NCBI RefSeq assembly: GCF_009931435.1
Contig: NZ_CP043414.1
Direction: 5' to 3' (one strand)
Length of the DNA stretch: 64,000 nucleotides
Source of the DNA: Escherichia coli
Lineage (GTDB): Bacteria; Pseudomonadota; Gammaproteobacteria; Enterobacterales; Enterobacteriaceae
Shown here: positions 45,112 to 61,139 of the stretch, in pieces
Position numbering within the stretch: the first letter of the stretch is position 1
How the letters are laid out: each line of letters opens with the position of its first letter
Program-made: the position numbers and the translations under genes
Notes under the pieces: generated by a model
The model's input: the letters and a program-made list of their open reading frames with translations, nothing else
Told to the model about the DNA's origin: nothing
Databases searched by the model: none

Positions 45112-48100
45112 TTAGTCAAACTCCAGTTCCACCTGCTCCGAACCAATGAGGCCACGGAGATCGTTTAATAAACGATCGCTCGGAGAGACACGCCACGTCG
45201 CGCCAAAACGCAACCGCGCGCGTGCATCCGCCCTCTGATAGTAGAGATGTACTGGAATTGTCCCAGAGCGGTGGGGTTCCAGAGACTGACGGAGTCGGTT
45301 TAAAAGCTGGTCATCAATTTGCCTGTCCGTCAGCGAGATAGCAAGCCCGCGAGCATATTTTTCCCGGGCTTCGTCAATATCCATCACTTCGCGAGCGGTC
45401 ATTTTAAGCCCACCGCTGAAGTCATCAAAGCTGACCTGTCCGCTGACGATAAGTATGCGGTCTTTTTCCAGCAATTGCTGGTATTTATCCAGGGCGTCAG
45501 TAAACAACATCACTTCCAGCCGCCCGGAACGGTCATCCAGCGTGCAGATACCGATACGATTGCCGCGCTTGGTGACCATAACCCGCGCAGCAACAACGAG
45601 CCCCGCAGCCGTGGTGACTTTACCACGTTCTGTCGGGTGCATGTCTTTCAGCCTTACGCCTCCGACATAACGCTCAATCTCTTTTAAATACTGGTTGATA
45701 GGGTGTCCCGTCAGGTACAGACCTAACGTTTCACGTTCCCCATCTAACACCACCTGCTCCGGCCACGGTTGGCAACTGGCGTAGGATTGTTCAATTTGTT
45801 CCGGCTCTTCTGCCAGCACGCCGAACATATCGGCCTGACCGATGGCTTCTGCTTTCGCGTGTTGATCAGCCGCCTTTAACGCATCGCCCAGCGAGTTCAT
45901 CAGCGCCGCGCGGTGTGGCCCAAGACGGTCAAACGCCCCGGACATGATCAGTTTTTCCAGCACTCGCCGGTTTAACTTTTTGGTGTCTGTACGGGCGCAG
46001 AGATCAAACAATTCACGGAAATAGCCGCCTTTATTACGGGCTTCAATGATCGCCTCAATCGGACCTTCACCTACCCCTTTGATCGCGCCAATACCATACA
46101 CGATTTCGCCGTCGTCGTTGACGTGGAAATGGTAAAGACCGGAGTTTATATCTGGTGGTAGGATTTTCAGCCCCATCCGCCAGCACTCATCCACCAGGCC
46201 TACCACCTTCTCGGTGTTGTCCATATCGGCGGTCATTACTGCCGCCATAAACTCCGCTGGATAGTGCGCTTTCAGCCATAACGTTTGATATGAAACCAAA
46301 GCATAGGCCGCAGAGTGCGATTTGTTAAATCCGTAACCAGCGAATTTCTCCACCAGGTCGAAGATTTTCATCGCCAGTTCGGCGTTGATCCCGTTCTTTT
46401 CTGCGCCTTCAGCAAATACAGAACGCTGCTTGGCCATCTCTTCCGGCTTCTTCTTACCCATCGCACGACGCAGCATATCCGCGCCACCGAGGGTATAACC
46501 AGAAAGCACCTGGGCAATCTGCATGACCTGTTCCTGATACAGGATGATGCCGTAGGTTGGCTCCAGTACCGGTTTCAGGCTTTCATGCTGCCACTGCACA
46601 TCCGGATAGGAGATCTCTTCGCGACCATGTTTACGGTCGATAAAGTTATCCACCATCCCTGATTGCAACGGGCCGGGGCGGAACAGTGCCACCAGTGCGA
46701 TCATATCTTCGAAGCAGTCAGGTTGCAGACGTTTGATCAGGTCCTTCATGCCGCGCGATTCAAGCTGGAATACCGCCGTGGTTTCCGAGCGTTGCAGCAT
46801 GTCGAAACTTTTCTTGTCATCCAGCGGGATCGCGGCGATATCCAGCGGCGGCTCGCCATTCTTCGCCCGCCGCTTGTTGATCATCTCCAGCGCCCAGTTG
46901 ATGATGGTGAGCGTACGCAAACCAAGGAAGTCGAACTTCACCAGCCCGGCGTATTCAACGTCGCTTTTATCAAACTGGGTAACCGGATGTTTGCCCTCTT
47001 CATCGCAATAAAGCGGCGCAAAATCGGTAATTTTGGTCGGCGCGATAACCACCCCACCGGCGTGCTTACCAGCGTTACGGGTGACCCCTTCCAGTTTGCG
47101 CGCCATGTCGATCAGCGCCTTAACTTCTTCGTCCGCTTCGTAGATTTCCGGCAGTTGCGGCTCGGCTTCAAACGCTTTCGCCAGCGTCATCCCCGGATCG
47201 GGCGGGATCAGTTTCGAGATACGATCGACAAAGCCGTACGGATGCCCCAGCACGCGGCCTACGTCGCGGATCACCGCTTTTGCCGCCATTGTACCGAAGG
47301 TGATGATCTGCGATACCGCATCACGGCCGTACATATCTGCCACGTGTTCGATAACCTGGTCGCGTTTTTCCATACAGAAGTCAACGTCGAAGTCAGGCAT
47401 GGAGACACGTTCCGGGTTAAGGAAACGTTCGAACAGCAGGTCAAATTCCAACGGATCGAGGTCGGTGATTTTTAACGCGTAAGCCACCAGTGACCCTGCA
47501 CCAGAACCACGGCCAGGCCCTACCGGTACGCCGTTATCCTTCGACCACTGGATAAATTCCATAACGATGAGGAAGTAACCCGGGAAACCCATCTGGTTGA
47601 TAACCTGAAGTTCAGTATCCAGACGCTCGTCATACTCCGGGCGACGCTTAAGACGTTCTTCCTCGTCAGGGAATAAAAACGCCAGACGCTCTTCCAGGCC
47701 TTCTTTTGCACGCTTGACCAGATAATCTTCGGTGCTCATGTCCCCGGTCGGGAACTGCGGCAGGAAGTATTCACCGAGACGCACTGTCACGTTACAGCGT
47801 TTGGCGATCTCAACAGTGTTGGCAAGGGCTTCGGGGATGTCGGCAAACAGCTCGCACATCTCCTCTTCGCTGCGCATATATTGCTGCGGCGAATAATTAC
47901 GCGGGCGTTTGGGATCGTCGAGAGTAAAGCCGTCATGGATCGCGACGCGGATTTCGTGCGCGTCAAAGTCACTGCTGTCGATAAAGCGCACGTCATTGGT
48001 CGCCACGACGGGCAAACCGCGCGCTTCCGCCAGTTCCACTGCCGCGTGCAGATAACTTTCTTCGTCCGGCCTGCCGGTTCGGATCAGCTCGAGAAAATAG

Positions 48101-48594
48101 CGATCCGGGAAGTGCTCTTCATAAAACGCAACGCACTCATCTACCAGCGCGCTGTTACCACGCAAAAGACTGCGCCCGACGTCGCCCATGCGCCCGCCGG
48201 AAAGGAGGATCAGCCCTTCGTTTAATTCGATAAGCCAGTCGCGATCGATGATCGGCCCGGCGGCACCGTACCCGCGCTGATACGCTTTTGAGATCAGCAA
48301 CGTCAGATTCTGATAGCCGATATTGTTCGCCGCCAGCACCGTCAGGTGGGTTAACTCATCACCCAGCAGGTCGCACTGGACATTAAAATCTGCCCCGACG
48401 ATGGGCTTAATCCCTGCGCCATGTCCCGCTCCGTAGAACTTCACCAGACCGCAAAGGTTGGTGAAATCGGTGATCGCCAGTGCTGGCATACCCAACGCCG
48501 CCGCCTTTTTTACCAGCGGCGCGGTTTTGGCCAGGCCATCGATCATCGAGTAGTCGCTGTGCACCCGCAGGTGTACGAAACGTGGTTCAGACAT
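45112..48594 (-). CDS. dnaE: DNA polymerase III alpha subunit
   Basis: 1160 aa, [23 protein letters not shown]...; PHP domain at the N-terminus; matches DnaE. Confidence 0.97.
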   Translation of the reverse strand: MSEPRFVHLRVHSDYSMIDGLAKTAPLVKKAAALGMPALAITDFTNLCGLVKFYGAGHGAGIKPIVGADFNVQCDLLGDELTHLTVLAANNIGYQNLTLLISKAYQRGYGAAGPIIDRDWLIELNEGLILLSGGRMGDVGRSLLRGNSALVDECVAFYEEHFPDRYFLELIRTGRPDEESYLHAAVELAEARGLPVVATNDVRFIDSSDFDAHEIRVAIHDGFTLDDPKRPRNYSPQQYMRSEEEMCELFADIPEALANTVEIAKRCNVTVRLGEYFLPQFPTGDMSTEDYLVKRAKEGLEERLAFLFPDEEERLKRRPEYDERLDTELQVINQMGFPGYFLIVMEFIQWSKDNGVPVGPGRGSGAGSLVAYALKITDLDPLEFDLLFERFLNPERVSMPDFDVDFCMEKRDQVIEHVADMYGRDAVSQIITFGTMAAKAVIRDVGRVLGHPYGFVDRISKLIPPDPGMTLAKAFEAEPQLPEIYEADEEVKALIDMARKLEGVTRNAGKHAGGVVIAPTKITDFAPLYCDEEGKHPVTQFDKSDVEYAGLVKFDFLGLRTLTIINWALEMINKRRAKNGEPPLDIAAIPLDDKKSFDMLQRSETTAVFQLESRGMKDLIKRLQPDCFEDMIALVALFRPGPLQSGMVDNFIDRKHGREEISYPDVQWQHESLKPVLEPTYGIILYQEQVMQIAQVLSGYTLGGADMLRRAMGKKKPEEMAKQRSVFAEGAEKNGINAELAMKIFDLVEKFAGYGFNKSHSAAYALVSYQTLWLKAHYPAEFMAAVMTADMDNTEKVVGLVDECWRMGLKILPPDINSGLYHFHVNDDGEIVYGIGAIKGVGEGPIEAIIEARNKGGYFRELFDLCARTDTKKLNRRVLEKLIMSGAFDRLGPHRAALMNSLGDALKAADQHAKAEAIGQADMFGVLAEEPEQIEQSYASCQPWPEQVVLDGERETLGLYLTGHPINQYLKEIERYVGGVRLKDMHPTERGKVTTAAGLVVAARVMVTKRGNRIGICTLDDRSGRLEVMLFTDALDKYQQLLEKDRILIVSGQVSFDDFSGGLKMTAREVMDIDEAREKYARGLAISLTDRQIDDQLLNRLRQSLEPHRSGTIPVHLYYQRADARARLRFGATWRVSPSDRLLNDLRGLIGSEQVELEFD

Positions 48595-48630
48595 CTTCAG
48601 ATTCCGGTTTACTTAATCTCGACACAAGAA

Positions 48631-49227
48631 TCAGGACGCAAGTCCCAGTGCGCGTTTGACAGGCCCAAAGCTGCGACGATGATGTTCAGTCGCGCCATAT
48701 TCAGCCAGTTTTTCCAGATGAAAAGCGGTTGGATACCCTTTGTGCTGGGCAAAACCATATTGCGGGAAAACAATATCCAGCGCCGCCATTTCAGCGTCGC
48801 GCGTCACTTTCGCCAGGATAGACGCAGCACTGATTTCCGGTACGCGGCTATCGCCTTTCACCACTGCCATCGAAGGCATCGGTAATTTTGGGCAGCGGTT
48901 ACCATCAATCAACACATATTCTGGCGCAATATGCAGCCCCGCGACGGCGCGCTGCATCGCCAGCATGGTCGCATGAAGAATGTTCAGTTCGTCGATTTCG
49001 TGGGGTTCCGCGCGGCCCAGACTCCAGCTTAACGCTTTCTCTTTGATCTCTTCACAGAGCGCCAGACGGCGTTTTTCGCTCAGCTTTTTGGAATCATTCA
49101 GCCCGGCAATCGGGCGCGCCGGGTCAAGGATTACAGCAGCGGTAACCACCGCGCCAACCAACGGCCCGCGTCCGACTTCATCCACACCCGCAACCAGCTG
49201 CGTGTGCGGATAAACAAATTCGATCAT
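48631..49227 (-). CDS. rnhB: Ribonuclease HII
   Basis: 198 aa, [28 protein letters not shown]...; matches RNase HII; 4-nt overlap with lpxB. Confidence 0.95.
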   Translation of the reverse strand: MIEFVYPHTQLVAGVDEVGRGPLVGAVVTAAVILDPARPIAGLNDSKKLSEKRRLALCEEIKEKALSWSLGRAEPHEIDELNILHATMLAMQRAVAGLHIAPEYVLIDGNRCPKLPMPSMAVVKGDSRVPEISAASILAKVTRDAEMAALDIVFPQYGFAQHKGYPTAFHLEKLAEYGATEHHRRSFGPVKRALGLAS

Positions 49228-50372
49228 TGTGCTAACTCCAGAACGGCTTGTGCCGCCTGCTCATCGGCATTGCAGCGGATCTGCTGATGCAGTTCACGGA
49301 AGGTATCGTGCATCGCGTGACTGGTTTTCCCATTCGCCAACAGCGGTAACAGCGCCGCAGCCAGTTTTTGCGGCTCACACTCTTCCTGCAATAACTCTTT
49401 GACTAACTCTCTGCCCGCCAGCAAATTTGGTAGCGAGACATACTCGGTTTTCACCAGCCTCTTCGCCAGCCAGAAGGTAAAAGGCTTCATGCGATATCCC
49501 ACCACCATCGGGCATTTCGCCAGCATGCACTCCAGGGCTGCCGTACCCGACGCCAGTAGCGCCGCATCACTGGCGACCATCGCCTCACGGCCCATTCCAT
49601 CCAGCAGATGAACAGCAAGGTCCGGTGCGACTTCAGCTTTGATACGCTCAAACTGCTCGCGGCGTTTGGCATTCACCAGCGGCACCACGATCTCGAGATC
49701 GGGATATGTCTGACGCAAAAGCTGGGCCGTTTTCAGGAAATCGGCACTCAGCATCTCCACTTCCGCACCACGGCTTCCCGGCAGCAACGCAAGACAGTGA
49801 GCATCGTGAGGGATCCCCAGCACATCACGCGCGGCGTTTTTATCTGGATCTAACGGCATGGCATCAGCCATGGTGTGACCGATAAAACGGCACGGCACGT
49901 TGTATTTGTCATAAAACGCTTTTTCGAAAGGCAGAAATGCGAGCACCAGATCGGTGGCTCTGCCTATTTTGAAAACGCGTTTCTGTCGCCACGCCCAGAC
50001 GGACGGACTGACGTAATGAATGGTTTTGATACCCTGCTTTTTAAGATTACCTTCGAGGGTAATATTGAAGTCAGGTGCATCAATGCCGACAAAAACATCT
50101 GGCTTCAGTTCGCCAAAACGCTTTGTCAGATCGGCACGAATATGCAGTAAGCGACGCAGACGACCGAGCACTTCAACAATGCCCATCACCGCCAACTCTT
50201 CCATTTCGTACCAGGCTTCGCAGCCTTCGGCCTGCATTCGTGGCCCGGCAACGCCAACAAAGCGAGCGTTGGGCACACGTTCTTTCAGAGCACGGATTAA
50301 ACCGGCCCCCAGGATATCGCCGGAGGTTTCTCCGGCGACCAGGGCAATCGTTAATGGACGCTGTTCAGTCAT
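49224..50372 (-). CDS. lpxB: Lipid-A-disaccharide synthase
   Basis: 382 aa, [31 protein letters not shown]...; matches LpxB. Confidence 0.95.
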   Translation of the reverse strand: MTEQRPLTIALVAGETSGDILGAGLIRALKERVPNARFVGVAGPRMQAEGCEAWYEMEELAVMGIVEVLGRLRRLLHIRADLTKRFGELKPDVFVGIDAPDFNITLEGNLKKQGIKTIHYVSPSVWAWRQKRVFKIGRATDLVLAFLPFEKAFYDKYNVPCRFIGHTMADAMPLDPDKNAARDVLGIPHDAHCLALLPGSRGAEVEMLSADFLKTAQLLRQTYPDLEIVVPLVNAKRREQFERIKAEVAPDLAVHLLDGMGREAMVASDAALLASGTAALECMLAKCPMVVGYRMKPFTFWLAKRLVKTEYVSLPNLLAGRELVKELLQEECEPQKLAAALLPLLANGKTSHAMHDTFRELHQQIRCNADEQAAQAVLELAQ

Positions 50373-51160
50373 TAACGAATCAGACCGCGCGTTGAGCGTG
50401 CAAAGAAATCGGTAAAGGCTTTTACTTCCGGATATGTTTCCGCCAGTTCGGCAATTTCCGGTTTCACTTCATCGAGCGTTTTACCGCTGCGATAAATCAG
50501 CTTATACGCATTGCGGATAGCGGTAATCGCCTCACGGCTGAATCCGCGGCGCTTCAGCCCTTCGATGTTGACACCGAACGGCGTTGCGTGGTTACCCTGC
50601 GCAATGACATAAGGAGGGACGTCCTGCGCCACACCGGAACAGCCGCCAACCATCACGTGCGCACCAATGATGCAGAACTGATGGACTGCGGTCATGCCGC
50701 CGATGATCGCGAAGTCGTCTACCGATACATGACCCGCCAGCGTTGCGTTGTTGGCGAGGATGCAGCGGTTACCTACCGTACAATCGTGCGCAATGTGCGC
50801 GTTGATCATCAGTAAGTTGTCGCTGCCCACCTTCGTCAATCCACCGCCCTGGACTGTGCCACGATGAATGGTGACGCTTTCGCGAATGCGGTTACGATCG
50901 CCGATTTCCACACGGGTCGGTTCGCCAGCATATTTAAGATCCTGGTTGACTTCGCCGATGGAGGCGAACTGATAAATCTCATTGTCGCGGCCAATTTTAG
51001 TATGACCATTCACGACAACGTGAGATTTCAGTACGGTACCCTCACCAATTTCGACATGGGGTCCAACGATACAAAAAGGACCAATGTGAGCATTGGCGGC
51101 AATCGATGCGCCCTCTTCCACAATGGCGGTTGGATGCACAAAGGCGGATTTATCAATCAC
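50372..51160 (-). CDS. lpxA: UDP-N-acetylglucosamine O-acyltransferase
   Basis: 262 aa with hexapeptide repeats (left-handed beta-helix); matches LpxA. Confidence 0.95.
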   Translation of the reverse strand: MIDKSAFVHPTAIVEEGASIAANAHIGPFCIVGPHVEIGEGTVLKSHVVVNGHTKIGRDNEIYQFASIGEVNQDLKYAGEPTRVEIGDRNRIRESVTIHRGTVQGGGLTKVGSDNLLMINAHIAHDCTVGNRCILANNATLAGHVSVDDFAIIGGMTAVHQFCIIGAHVMVGGCSGVAQDVPPYVIAQGNHATPFGVNIEGLKRRGFSREAITAIRNAYKLIYRSGKTLDEVKPEIAELAETYPEVKAFTDFFARSTRGLIR

Positions 51161-51163
51161 GTA

Positions 51164-51619
51164 TCAGGCCTCCCGGCTACGAGCACACATCATCGTTGCT
51201 TCGCAAACTACTTTACCGTCGACCAGAGCAACCCCTTTAAAACGGGTCAGGCCGCGGCGCGTTTTTTCGAAAGTGACTTCCATGATCATTTGATCGCCTG
51301 GCACGACCGGGCGCTTGAAGCGCGCTTCGTCAATACCGGCGAAGTAGTACAGCTCGCCCGGTTCCAGTTTTCCTACGCTCTTAAACGCCAGAATACCTGT
51401 TGCCTGTGCCATTGCTTCCAGAATAAGCACACCCGGGAAAATCGGTTTTCCAGGAAAATGGCCCTGGAAGAATGGCTCATTGACAGAGACATTTTTTACT
51501 GCGCGCAGAAAACGACCTTCTTCAAAATCCAGCACGCGATCCACCAGTAAGAACGGGAAACGGTGCGGCAGAAGTTCTAAAATCTCTTCAATCTGCAGAG
51601 TATGAGTGTTAGTAGTCAA
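51164..51619 (-). CDS. fabZ: 3-hydroxyacyl-ACP dehydratase FabZ
   Basis: 151 aa beginning at a TTG codon ([28 protein letters not shown]...); the ORF-track frame from 51712 is an upstream extension. Confidence 0.95.
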
Positions 51620-51723
51620 GATACTCTTCCTGTCAAAATATAAGAAACGACAATAATAACACGGCCTGCCGCAATCGTAAGAATGAGACAGGCCGTAAAG
51701 TTTGGCGAACAAAAGATGGAACG

Positions 51724-52749
51724 TTAGTCTTGTTGATTAACCTTGCGCTCAAGCGATTTCAAACGCTTGCTCATGTCATCAATGTTCATCACCAGTGCAG
51801 CGGTTTTGCGCCAGACTTTGTTGGGTTGCAGCGGAATGCCTGAGGAATAGACGCCTGGTTCAGTGATGGGACGCATCACCATACCCATGCCCGTAACCGT
51901 CACTTTGTCGCATATTTCCATATGCCCGTTGATTACGCTGGCTCCGCCGATCATGCAGTAACGACCAATTTTCAGGCTTCCCGCCATAATGACGCCACCG
52001 GCAACCGCCGTATTGTCGCCAATCACGACGTTATGTGCAATCTGGCACTGGTTATCAATGATCACACCATTGCCAATAACAGTGTCATCCAGCGCGCCGC
52101 GATCGATGGTAGTACATGCGCCGATCTCCACGCGATCGCCAATAATTACGCGACCAATCTGCGGGATCTTCACCCAGTTACCCCGATCGTTGGCATAACC
52201 AAAGCCGTCTGCGCCTACCACTGTTCCGGACTGGATCAGGCAATTCTGACCGATCTGGATCTCATGGTAAATGGTTACGTTCGCCCAGAGACGCGAACCT
52301 GCACCTATTTTGCTGTTTTTACCTACGAAGCAACCGGCACCGATAATCACGTTATCGCCCAGTTCAACGCCGGACTCAATCACCGCGTTAGCGCCAATCG
52401 ATACGTTGTTACCCAGCTTCGCCGTCGCGTCGATCACCGCACTGGGTGCAATGTTCTGCGCGGGCTGCGGCGTGGTATCTAAAATTTGCGCCATGCGCGC
52501 GTAAGTCAGGTAGGGGTTCTTCACTACCAGCGCGGCACTTTTCGCGAAAGGAAGATCGTCCTGGGTCATGACAACCGCGGACGCCTGGCACAAGCCTAAA
52601 TGCTCACGGTATTTTGGGTTAACCATGAACGTGATGTGACCTGTTTGTGCAGATTGCATGGACGCAACGCCGGTGATGACGATATCGCCATCACCGTGTA
52701 GTTCTGCATCCAACTGCTGCGCTAAATCAGCCAGTCGAATTGAAGGCAT
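51724..52749 (-). CDS. lpxD: UDP-3-O-(3-hydroxymyristoyl)glucosamine N-acyltransferase
   Basis: 341 aa with hexapeptide repeats; matches LpxD. Confidence 0.95.
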
Positions 52750-52752
52750 TAC

Positions 52753-53238
52753 TTATTTAACCTGTTTCAGTACGTCAGCAGTGATGTCTTTTACATCGCT
52801 GCTGTTGTAAGCAACGGCGTTTGCATCAACAACCAGATCGATATCCTGGCTGTTGGCAACGGATTTCACAGCAGTCTGGATACGAGTAACCAGTTTGCCG
52901 CGTTCTTCGTTGGAACGACGAGCGCGATCCTGCTCAAAAGCCTGCGCTTTCTGAGCAAAAGTCTGGCGCTGAGCCATCACGTCTTTTTCCAGTTTGGTAC
53001 GATCGCTGCCCGCTTTCATGGACTGCAGCTTTTTCATTTTAGCCTGCAGATCGGTTTCCATACGCTGCAGTTCGCTGGCACGGCCTTTGAACTCATTTTC
53101 CAGCGTGTTAGAAACACCGGTTTTCTGCGCTACCTGCTGGAACAGGCTGCCCATATTGACGATTGCAATTTTGTCAGCCGCCTGAGCAGAAGTTGCCAGT
53201 GCTAAACCGAGACCTGCAGCTAATAACCACTTTTTCAC
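52753..53238 (-). CDS. skp: Periplasmic chaperone Skp
   Basis: 161 aa with signal peptide and basic coiled-coil body; matches Skp. Confidence 0.9.
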   Translation of the reverse strand: MKKWLLAAGLGLALATSAQAADKIAIVNMGSLFQQVAQKTGVSNTLENEFKGRASELQRMETDLQAKMKKLQSMKAGSDRTKLEKDVMAQRQTFAQKAQAFEQDRARRSNEERGKLVTRIQTAVKSVANSQDIDLVVDANAVAYNSSDVKDITADVLKQVK

Positions 53239-53359
53239 AATAAACTCCTTACCATCCCATTTGCACCGGAGGGTGCAGTTCTTTGCGTGGCCCGGCGATC
53301 TTATATTGATCGCCTAAAGTCATCGCTACACTACCACTACATTCCTTTGTGGAGAACAC

Positions 53360-55810
<2,451 letters not shown>

Positions 55811-55821
55811 CTAACTAACTC

Positions 55822-57174
55822 TCATAACCGAGAGAAATCATTGAAAAGTGCAAGCCCCATTAACAGCACCAGCAGAATCGAGCCAATGCGATAACAAAAG
55901 TCTTGAACCCGCTCGGATACCGGTCCGCCCTTGATCTTTTCGATCGCAAGGAACAGCAGATGCCCCCCGTCAAGTACGGGCAACGGAAACAGGTTAATTA
56001 TCCCTAAGTTCACGCTAATAAGCGCAAGAAACGGCAGGTAATAAACAACCCCGAGTTCCGCTGTCATCCCAGCCCCCTTGGCGATAGAGATCGGCCCACT
56101 GAGGTTGTTCAGTTTCACATCACCGGTGATCAATTTTCCCAGCATACTGACCGTCAGCTTCATCAGCTGCCACGTTTTGTCCGTGGCTTCGACGATGGCG
56201 TTGAACGGCCCATACTGGCGTACAACTTTATACTCATCTGGCAAAGGAATGACTTTCGGCTCAATACCGACAAAACCAATCGCCTTACCATTACCCGGTT
56301 TACTCTCCGGGATTAATGTCAAAGACAAGGGACTCCCCTGTCTTTCGATTTCTAACGCTAAGGATTTACCCGGGTTATCCCGGACAAGCATCACAAAGGT
56401 CACCCACTGCGTTAAGGGCTGACCATCGACTTTAACGATCCTGTCGCCTGCTTGCAAACCTGCCTTGCTTGCGGCCGAGTTTGGCTGCACATTTTCCAGT
56501 ACAGGTTCAATTTGCGGGCCACGAGGACGAATCCCCAGCGAAGATACCGGATCTTCTTTATCAGGCTCAAACGCCCAATGACGTAAATCGAGCTTTACAT
56601 CCCGTCGTTGGTCGCTGCCAAATGGCGCCACCGTAATGGTGGTGCTTTCATCGCCAATTTTATCGACCAACTGCAAACGCACGGCATCCCAATCAGGCGT
56701 TTCGATACCATCTACGGCTTTTAGTTCCGTACCTGGTGCAATTTGTGCTTCCGCAGCTATCGAATTGGCTGCTATTTCGCCAACCACCGGACGTACGCCA
56801 GGTACACCAATAATAAAAACCAGCCAGTAGGCAAAGATAGCAAAAATGAAGTTTGCAACCGGACCTGCGGCAATAATCGCCGCACGTTGGCCGACAGATT
56901 TATTATTGAAGGCATGGTGGCGGAGTTCCGGAACAACCGGTTCTGCGCGCTCATCCAGCATTTTGACATAACCGCCCAACGGGATCAGGGCGATGACATA
57001 TTCGGTGCCTAGCTTATCAGTTCGGCGCCAGAGCGCCTTGCCAAAACCTATTGAGAAACGCTCAACGCGAACACCACAACGCCGGGCAACCCAGAAATGA
57101 CCAAATTCATGCACGGTGATAAGTACACCCAGTGCAACGATGAACGAAGCCAAATCCCAGAGAAAACTCAGCAT
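55822..57174 (-). CDS. rseP: Regulator of sigma-E protease RseP (site-2 zinc metalloprotease)
   Basis: 450 aa from ATG at 57174 ([27 protein letters not shown]...) with the HEXXH zinc motif HEFGH. Confidence 0.95.
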
Positions 57175-57185
57175 ATTACCTTCCG

Positions 57186-58043
57186 TTAAAGCGTCCTGAA
57201 TACCAGTAACAACAAGCAAGCAAAGACCGGTACCGCAGCCGTCAGACTATCAATACGATCTAAAATACCACCGTGTCCTGGAATTAAATGACCGCTGTCC
57301 TTAATTCCTGCTTCACGCTTAAACATACTCTCGGTCAGATCGCCGAGCACTGAGGCTAACGCTGCGACAATAGAGCAAATGAGTAAGGTGACGGGAGCGA
57401 CGTCGAGATTCGCCCACATGCCATAACCCCATGAGATTACCGCTGCAGTTGCGAGTCCACCGATAAAGCCTTGCCAGGTTTTACCCGGAGAAACCTTCGG
57501 TGCCAGCTTATGTTTACCAAACAATTTGCCAAACATATATGCGCCAGAGTCAGCGCCCCATACCAGGATCATGACATAGAGCAGCCATATTGCGCCACTG
57601 TAATGATTCTCGTCGTAGTGCCAGGCCCGTAACGCCAGCATGCCCCAGAAGAAGGGAACAATGGTTAGCACGCCAAAAATAATGCGCAATGTTTTAGAGT
57701 TACGCCAGATTGCTGCGGAACCTGGGTAAAACAGCACCAGCAATAGCGCGACAATCCACCAACCCAGCGAAGCCCAAAGTGAGATTTCAACCAGCGGTTG
57801 ATGAATATTTCGGTGATATTCCGGCAACAGAAAAAGCATCAGCGCCAACAATAACCCACATAACACCGCCAACCATACTCGCTGCGAGCGAGTGGTAAAA
57901 CCGCTAAGCTGTCCCCATTCCCACGCTGCCAGCATGCAGACCACCAGCGTTACAATGGCGAACCCCACCGGCGGCAACAGAAACAACGCCGCGATGACGA
58001 CGGGTATTAACACAAAAGCAGATATCAGGCGATACTTCAGCAA
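57186..58043 (-). CDS. cdsA: Phosphatidate cytidylyltransferase
   Basis: 285-aa polytopic membrane protein; matches CdsA. Confidence 0.95.
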
Positions 58044-58055
58044 AAGCGACCCCCA

Positions 58056-58817
58056 TCAGGCTGTTTCATCACCGGGCTCGGTGCCGCCGAAACGACGCTC
58101 TCGATTAGCAAAGGCATTTAACGCCCCTTCAAAGTCTTGTTCATCGAAATCGGGCCAGAGAACATCTGTAAAGTAAAGTTCGGCATAGGCAATTTGCCAA
58201 AGCAAAAAGTTACTAATGCGATGCTCCCCCCCAGTCCTAATTACTAAATCTACAGGGGCCAGTTCATGCATACAGACATGCTGGTTTAGCATCTCTTCAT
58301 CTATCTGATCTGGTTGCAGGTTTCCTTGCTGCACCTTTTCAGCCAGTTGCCTGACTCCCTGGACTATATCCCAACGTCCACCGTAGTTCGCCGCAATATT
58401 CAGCGTTAGACCGGTATTTCCGGCTGTTAGCGCTTCCGATTTACGAATACGTTCTTGCAAACGCGAGTTAAAGCGACTGGTATCGCCAATAATACGCAGA
58501 CGCACGTTATGTCGGTGCAGACTCTTTACTTCGCTATCAAGCGCCCACACAAACAGTTCCATTAACGCACTGACTTCCTGCGCTGGTCGGTTCCAGTTTT
58601 CACTACTAAAGGCATACAGCGTTAACGCCTCAATACCGTTGTTGGCCGCAAAAGAGACAGCCCGGCGGACGGATTTTGCCCCGGCTTTATGCCCAAAGGC
58701 ACGAATCTTCCCTTGCTTTTTTGCCCAGCGACCATTGCCGTCCATAATGATCGCAACATGACGACAGCCATGTACTGGCAATTTTTCGCTAAGTGGTTGA
58801 GTAGCAGACAACATCAC
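58056..58817 (-). CDS. uppS: Undecaprenyl-diphosphate synthase
   Basis: 253 aa; cis-prenyltransferase motif HVAIIMDGNGRWA. Confidence 0.95.
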   Translation of the reverse strand: MMLSATQPLSEKLPVHGCRHVAIIMDGNGRWAKKQGKIRAFGHKAGAKSVRRAVSFAANNGIEALTLYAFSSENWNRPAQEVSALMELFVWALDSEVKSLHRHNVRLRIIGDTSRFNSRLQERIRKSEALTAGNTGLTLNIAANYGGRWDIVQGVRQLAEKVQQGNLQPDQIDEEMLNQHVCMHELAPVDLVIRTGGEHRISNFLLWQIAYAELYFTDVLWPDFDEQDFEGALNAFANRERRFGGTEPGDETA

Positions 58818-58862
58818 GCGTTTCTTATTCCCTGACAGGGTTTACGGTACTCAGGAATACTG

Positions 58863-58889
58863 AAGCCTATACAAAAAAAAGCCGTGTAA
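58863..58889 (-). terminator. Rho-independent terminator after dxr
   Basis: On the minus strand: GCCGTG-GTTTTA-CACGGC hairpin followed by T8. Confidence 0.6.
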
Positions 58890-59002
58890 AACCACGGCAT
58901 ACCTGACCTTATAAAGCCAACTACTTATGGTCAGATGGCGCAGACTATATCACTGAAGCCCTACGCTAACAAATAGCACGACTCTCTGTAGCCGGATTAT
59001 CC

Positions 59003-60199
59003 TCAGCTTGCGAGACGCGTCACCTCTTTTCTGGCGACTTCACGCGCGTTCGTATCAACAGATAACACATCGTCCACGCATTGTGGTTCGCGCATATCCA
59101 TTTTTTCCAGTACGGATAAATTCAACGCGGCGATATCCGTAAAGCGGATTTGTTGCGCAAGAAAGGCTGCAACGGTGATTTCGTTTGCGGCATTCAATGC
59201 AGTCGTCGCAGCCTGGCCTTGTTCGAACGCGTCCATTGCCAGTTTAAGGCATGGATAGCGATCATAATCCGGTGCGGCAAATGTCAACGCACTGAGTTTG
59301 CAAAAATCGAGCGGCTTCACACCAGAGTTCACGCGATTCGGCCAGGCCATGGTGTGGGCAATTGGCGTACGCATATCCGGTTCACCCAACTGCGCCAGAA
59401 CACTGCCGTCCTGATAACGCACCATTGAGTGAATCACTGACTGCGGATGAATCAGCACTTCCATCTGGCTGGCACTGGCGTTAAACAACCAACGCGCTTC
59501 AATGTATTCCAGACCTTTGTTCATCATGGTAGCCGAATCGACAGAAATTTTACGCCCCATCGACCAGTTCGGATGACGGCAGGCTTGATCCGGCGTCATT
59601 GTTGCCAAATCGCGCAATGGCGTCTCACGGAAAGGGCCACCAGACCCGGTAAGCAAAATGGACACCACGCCATTTTGCTCAAGGTCAGCGTATCCCAGAT
59701 TATGCTGGATAGGTTGCGGTAAACTCTGAAAAATGGCGTTATGTTCGCTATCGACTGGTAACAATTGCGCTTTGCTCTGCTTTACGGCGTCCATAAACAG
59801 ACGTCCGCAAGTGACCAGTGATTCTTTATTGGCCAGCAAAATGGTTTTACCCGCGCGGATCGCAGCAAGCGTAGGTAACAGGCCAGCTGCGCCAACAATG
59901 GCTGCCATCACCTGATCAACATCCTCAAGCGCTGCCATATCGCAAGCGGCTTGTTGCCCACTTAAGACTTCGGTGCGGCTACCCTGTTGCTGTAGCATCG
60001 TTTTAAGAAGTTTCGCACTCGCTTCATCGTCCATTACGGCATAGCGGGGAGAGAATTCCAGGCACTGCTCTACCATGCGAGTGACATTTTTGCCTGCCAC
60101 CAGCGCAACTACGCGGAAGTGTTCGGGATTATGGCGCACCACGTCCAGCGTGCTGCAACCAATCGAGCCGGTCGAGCCCAGAATGGTGAGTTGCTTCAT
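59003..60199 (-). CDS. dxr: 1-deoxy-D-xylulose 5-phosphate reductoisomerase
   Basis: 398 aa, [21 protein letters not shown]...; matches Dxr (IspC). Confidence 0.95.
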   Translation of the reverse strand: MKQLTILGSTGSIGCSTLDVVRHNPEHFRVVALVAGKNVTRMVEQCLEFSPRYAVMDDEASAKLLKTMLQQQGSRTEVLSGQQAACDMAALEDVDQVMAAIVGAAGLLPTLAAIRAGKTILLANKESLVTCGRLFMDAVKQSKAQLLPVDSEHNAIFQSLPQPIQHNLGYADLEQNGVVSILLTGSGGPFRETPLRDLATMTPDQACRHPNWSMGRKISVDSATMMNKGLEYIEARWLFNASASQMEVLIHPQSVIHSMVRYQDGSVLAQLGEPDMRTPIAHTMAWPNRVNSGVKPLDFCKLSALTFAAPDYDRYPCLKLAMDAFEQGQAATTALNAANEITVAAFLAQQIRFTDIAALNLSVLEKMDMREPQCVDDVLSVDTNAREVARKEVTRLAS

Positions 60200-60290
60200 G
60201 AAACATCCAGAGTTGAGACAGAATAAAAAGCAAAACGCCGCCAGCCGATCCGCAAGGATCTACTGAGCGGCGTTTTTGTCGTTCAAGAAA

Positions 60291-60848
60291 TCAGAACTGC
60301 ATCAGTTCTGCTTCTTTGTCTGCCAGCGCCGCTTCAATTTTCTTGATTGCAGCATCAGTCAGTTTCTGTACATCGTCCTGAGAACGGCGATCGTCGTCTT
60401 CGCTGATCTCTTTATCTTTCAACAGTGCTTTCACTTTGTCGTTCGCGTCACGACGCACGTTACGTACTGCAACACGCGCTTGTTCTGCTTCACCACGAAC
60501 GATTTTGGTCAGATCTTTACGACGTTCTTCCGTCAGCGGCGGCAGCGGAACACGGATGTCGCTACCCGCAGAGTTCGGGTTCAGGCCAAGATCGGACGCC
60601 ATAATCGCTTTTTCAACGGCCGGAGACATTGAACGATCAAACACGTTGATTTTCAGAGTACGGGAATCTTCTACCGTTACGCTTGCCAGCTGACGCAGCG
60701 GCGTCGGCGTGCCGTAATATTCCACGACAATGCCATCCAGCAGGCTGGGAGAAGCACGACCCGTGCGTATTTTGCTGATTTGGGTTTTGAACGCTTCTAC
60801 GCATTTATCCATGCGTACTTCAGCATCTTTTCTGATATCGCTAATCAC
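60291..60848 (-). CDS. frr: Ribosome recycling factor
   Basis: 185 aa, [21 protein letters not shown]...; matches Frr. Confidence 0.95.
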
Positions 60849-61139
60849 GTTACGAATCCTTGAAAACTTGTCTCAGTCAGACCAGACAGTCACACACAGT
60901 GGAAGTGTGCTAAGTATAGCCCTGATTAAACATATTACGGGTAATCGTCTGGATTATTAGGCTATTTTATTTGCCATTTTGGCCCCGGGCAGTGCTCGCC
61001 ATCCTCACGTACTTGTGTACGCTCCGGTTGCTGCGCGCTGGCCGTGACCAAACTGCCTGCAACAATAACGCCTTATAACCAGACTTACGCCCCCGCGATA
61101 CTTACGCGGAATCTTACCCTTATTTATCCATCACGGGAA

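Noticed and set aside
46663-47475. 270-aa plus-strand ORF inside dnaE, and similar plus-strand ORFs inside accA (44272-45168), pyrH (61233-61904), tsf (62117-63046) and bamA
   Set aside because: All are antisense to well-recognised essential genes with full-length protein matches; treated as spurious.
53239-53359. Possible sigma-E promoter upstream of skp (GAACT-like -35 on the minus strand)
   Set aside because: The -10 region does not match the sigma-E consensus well enough by eye; not reported as a feature without a motif scan.
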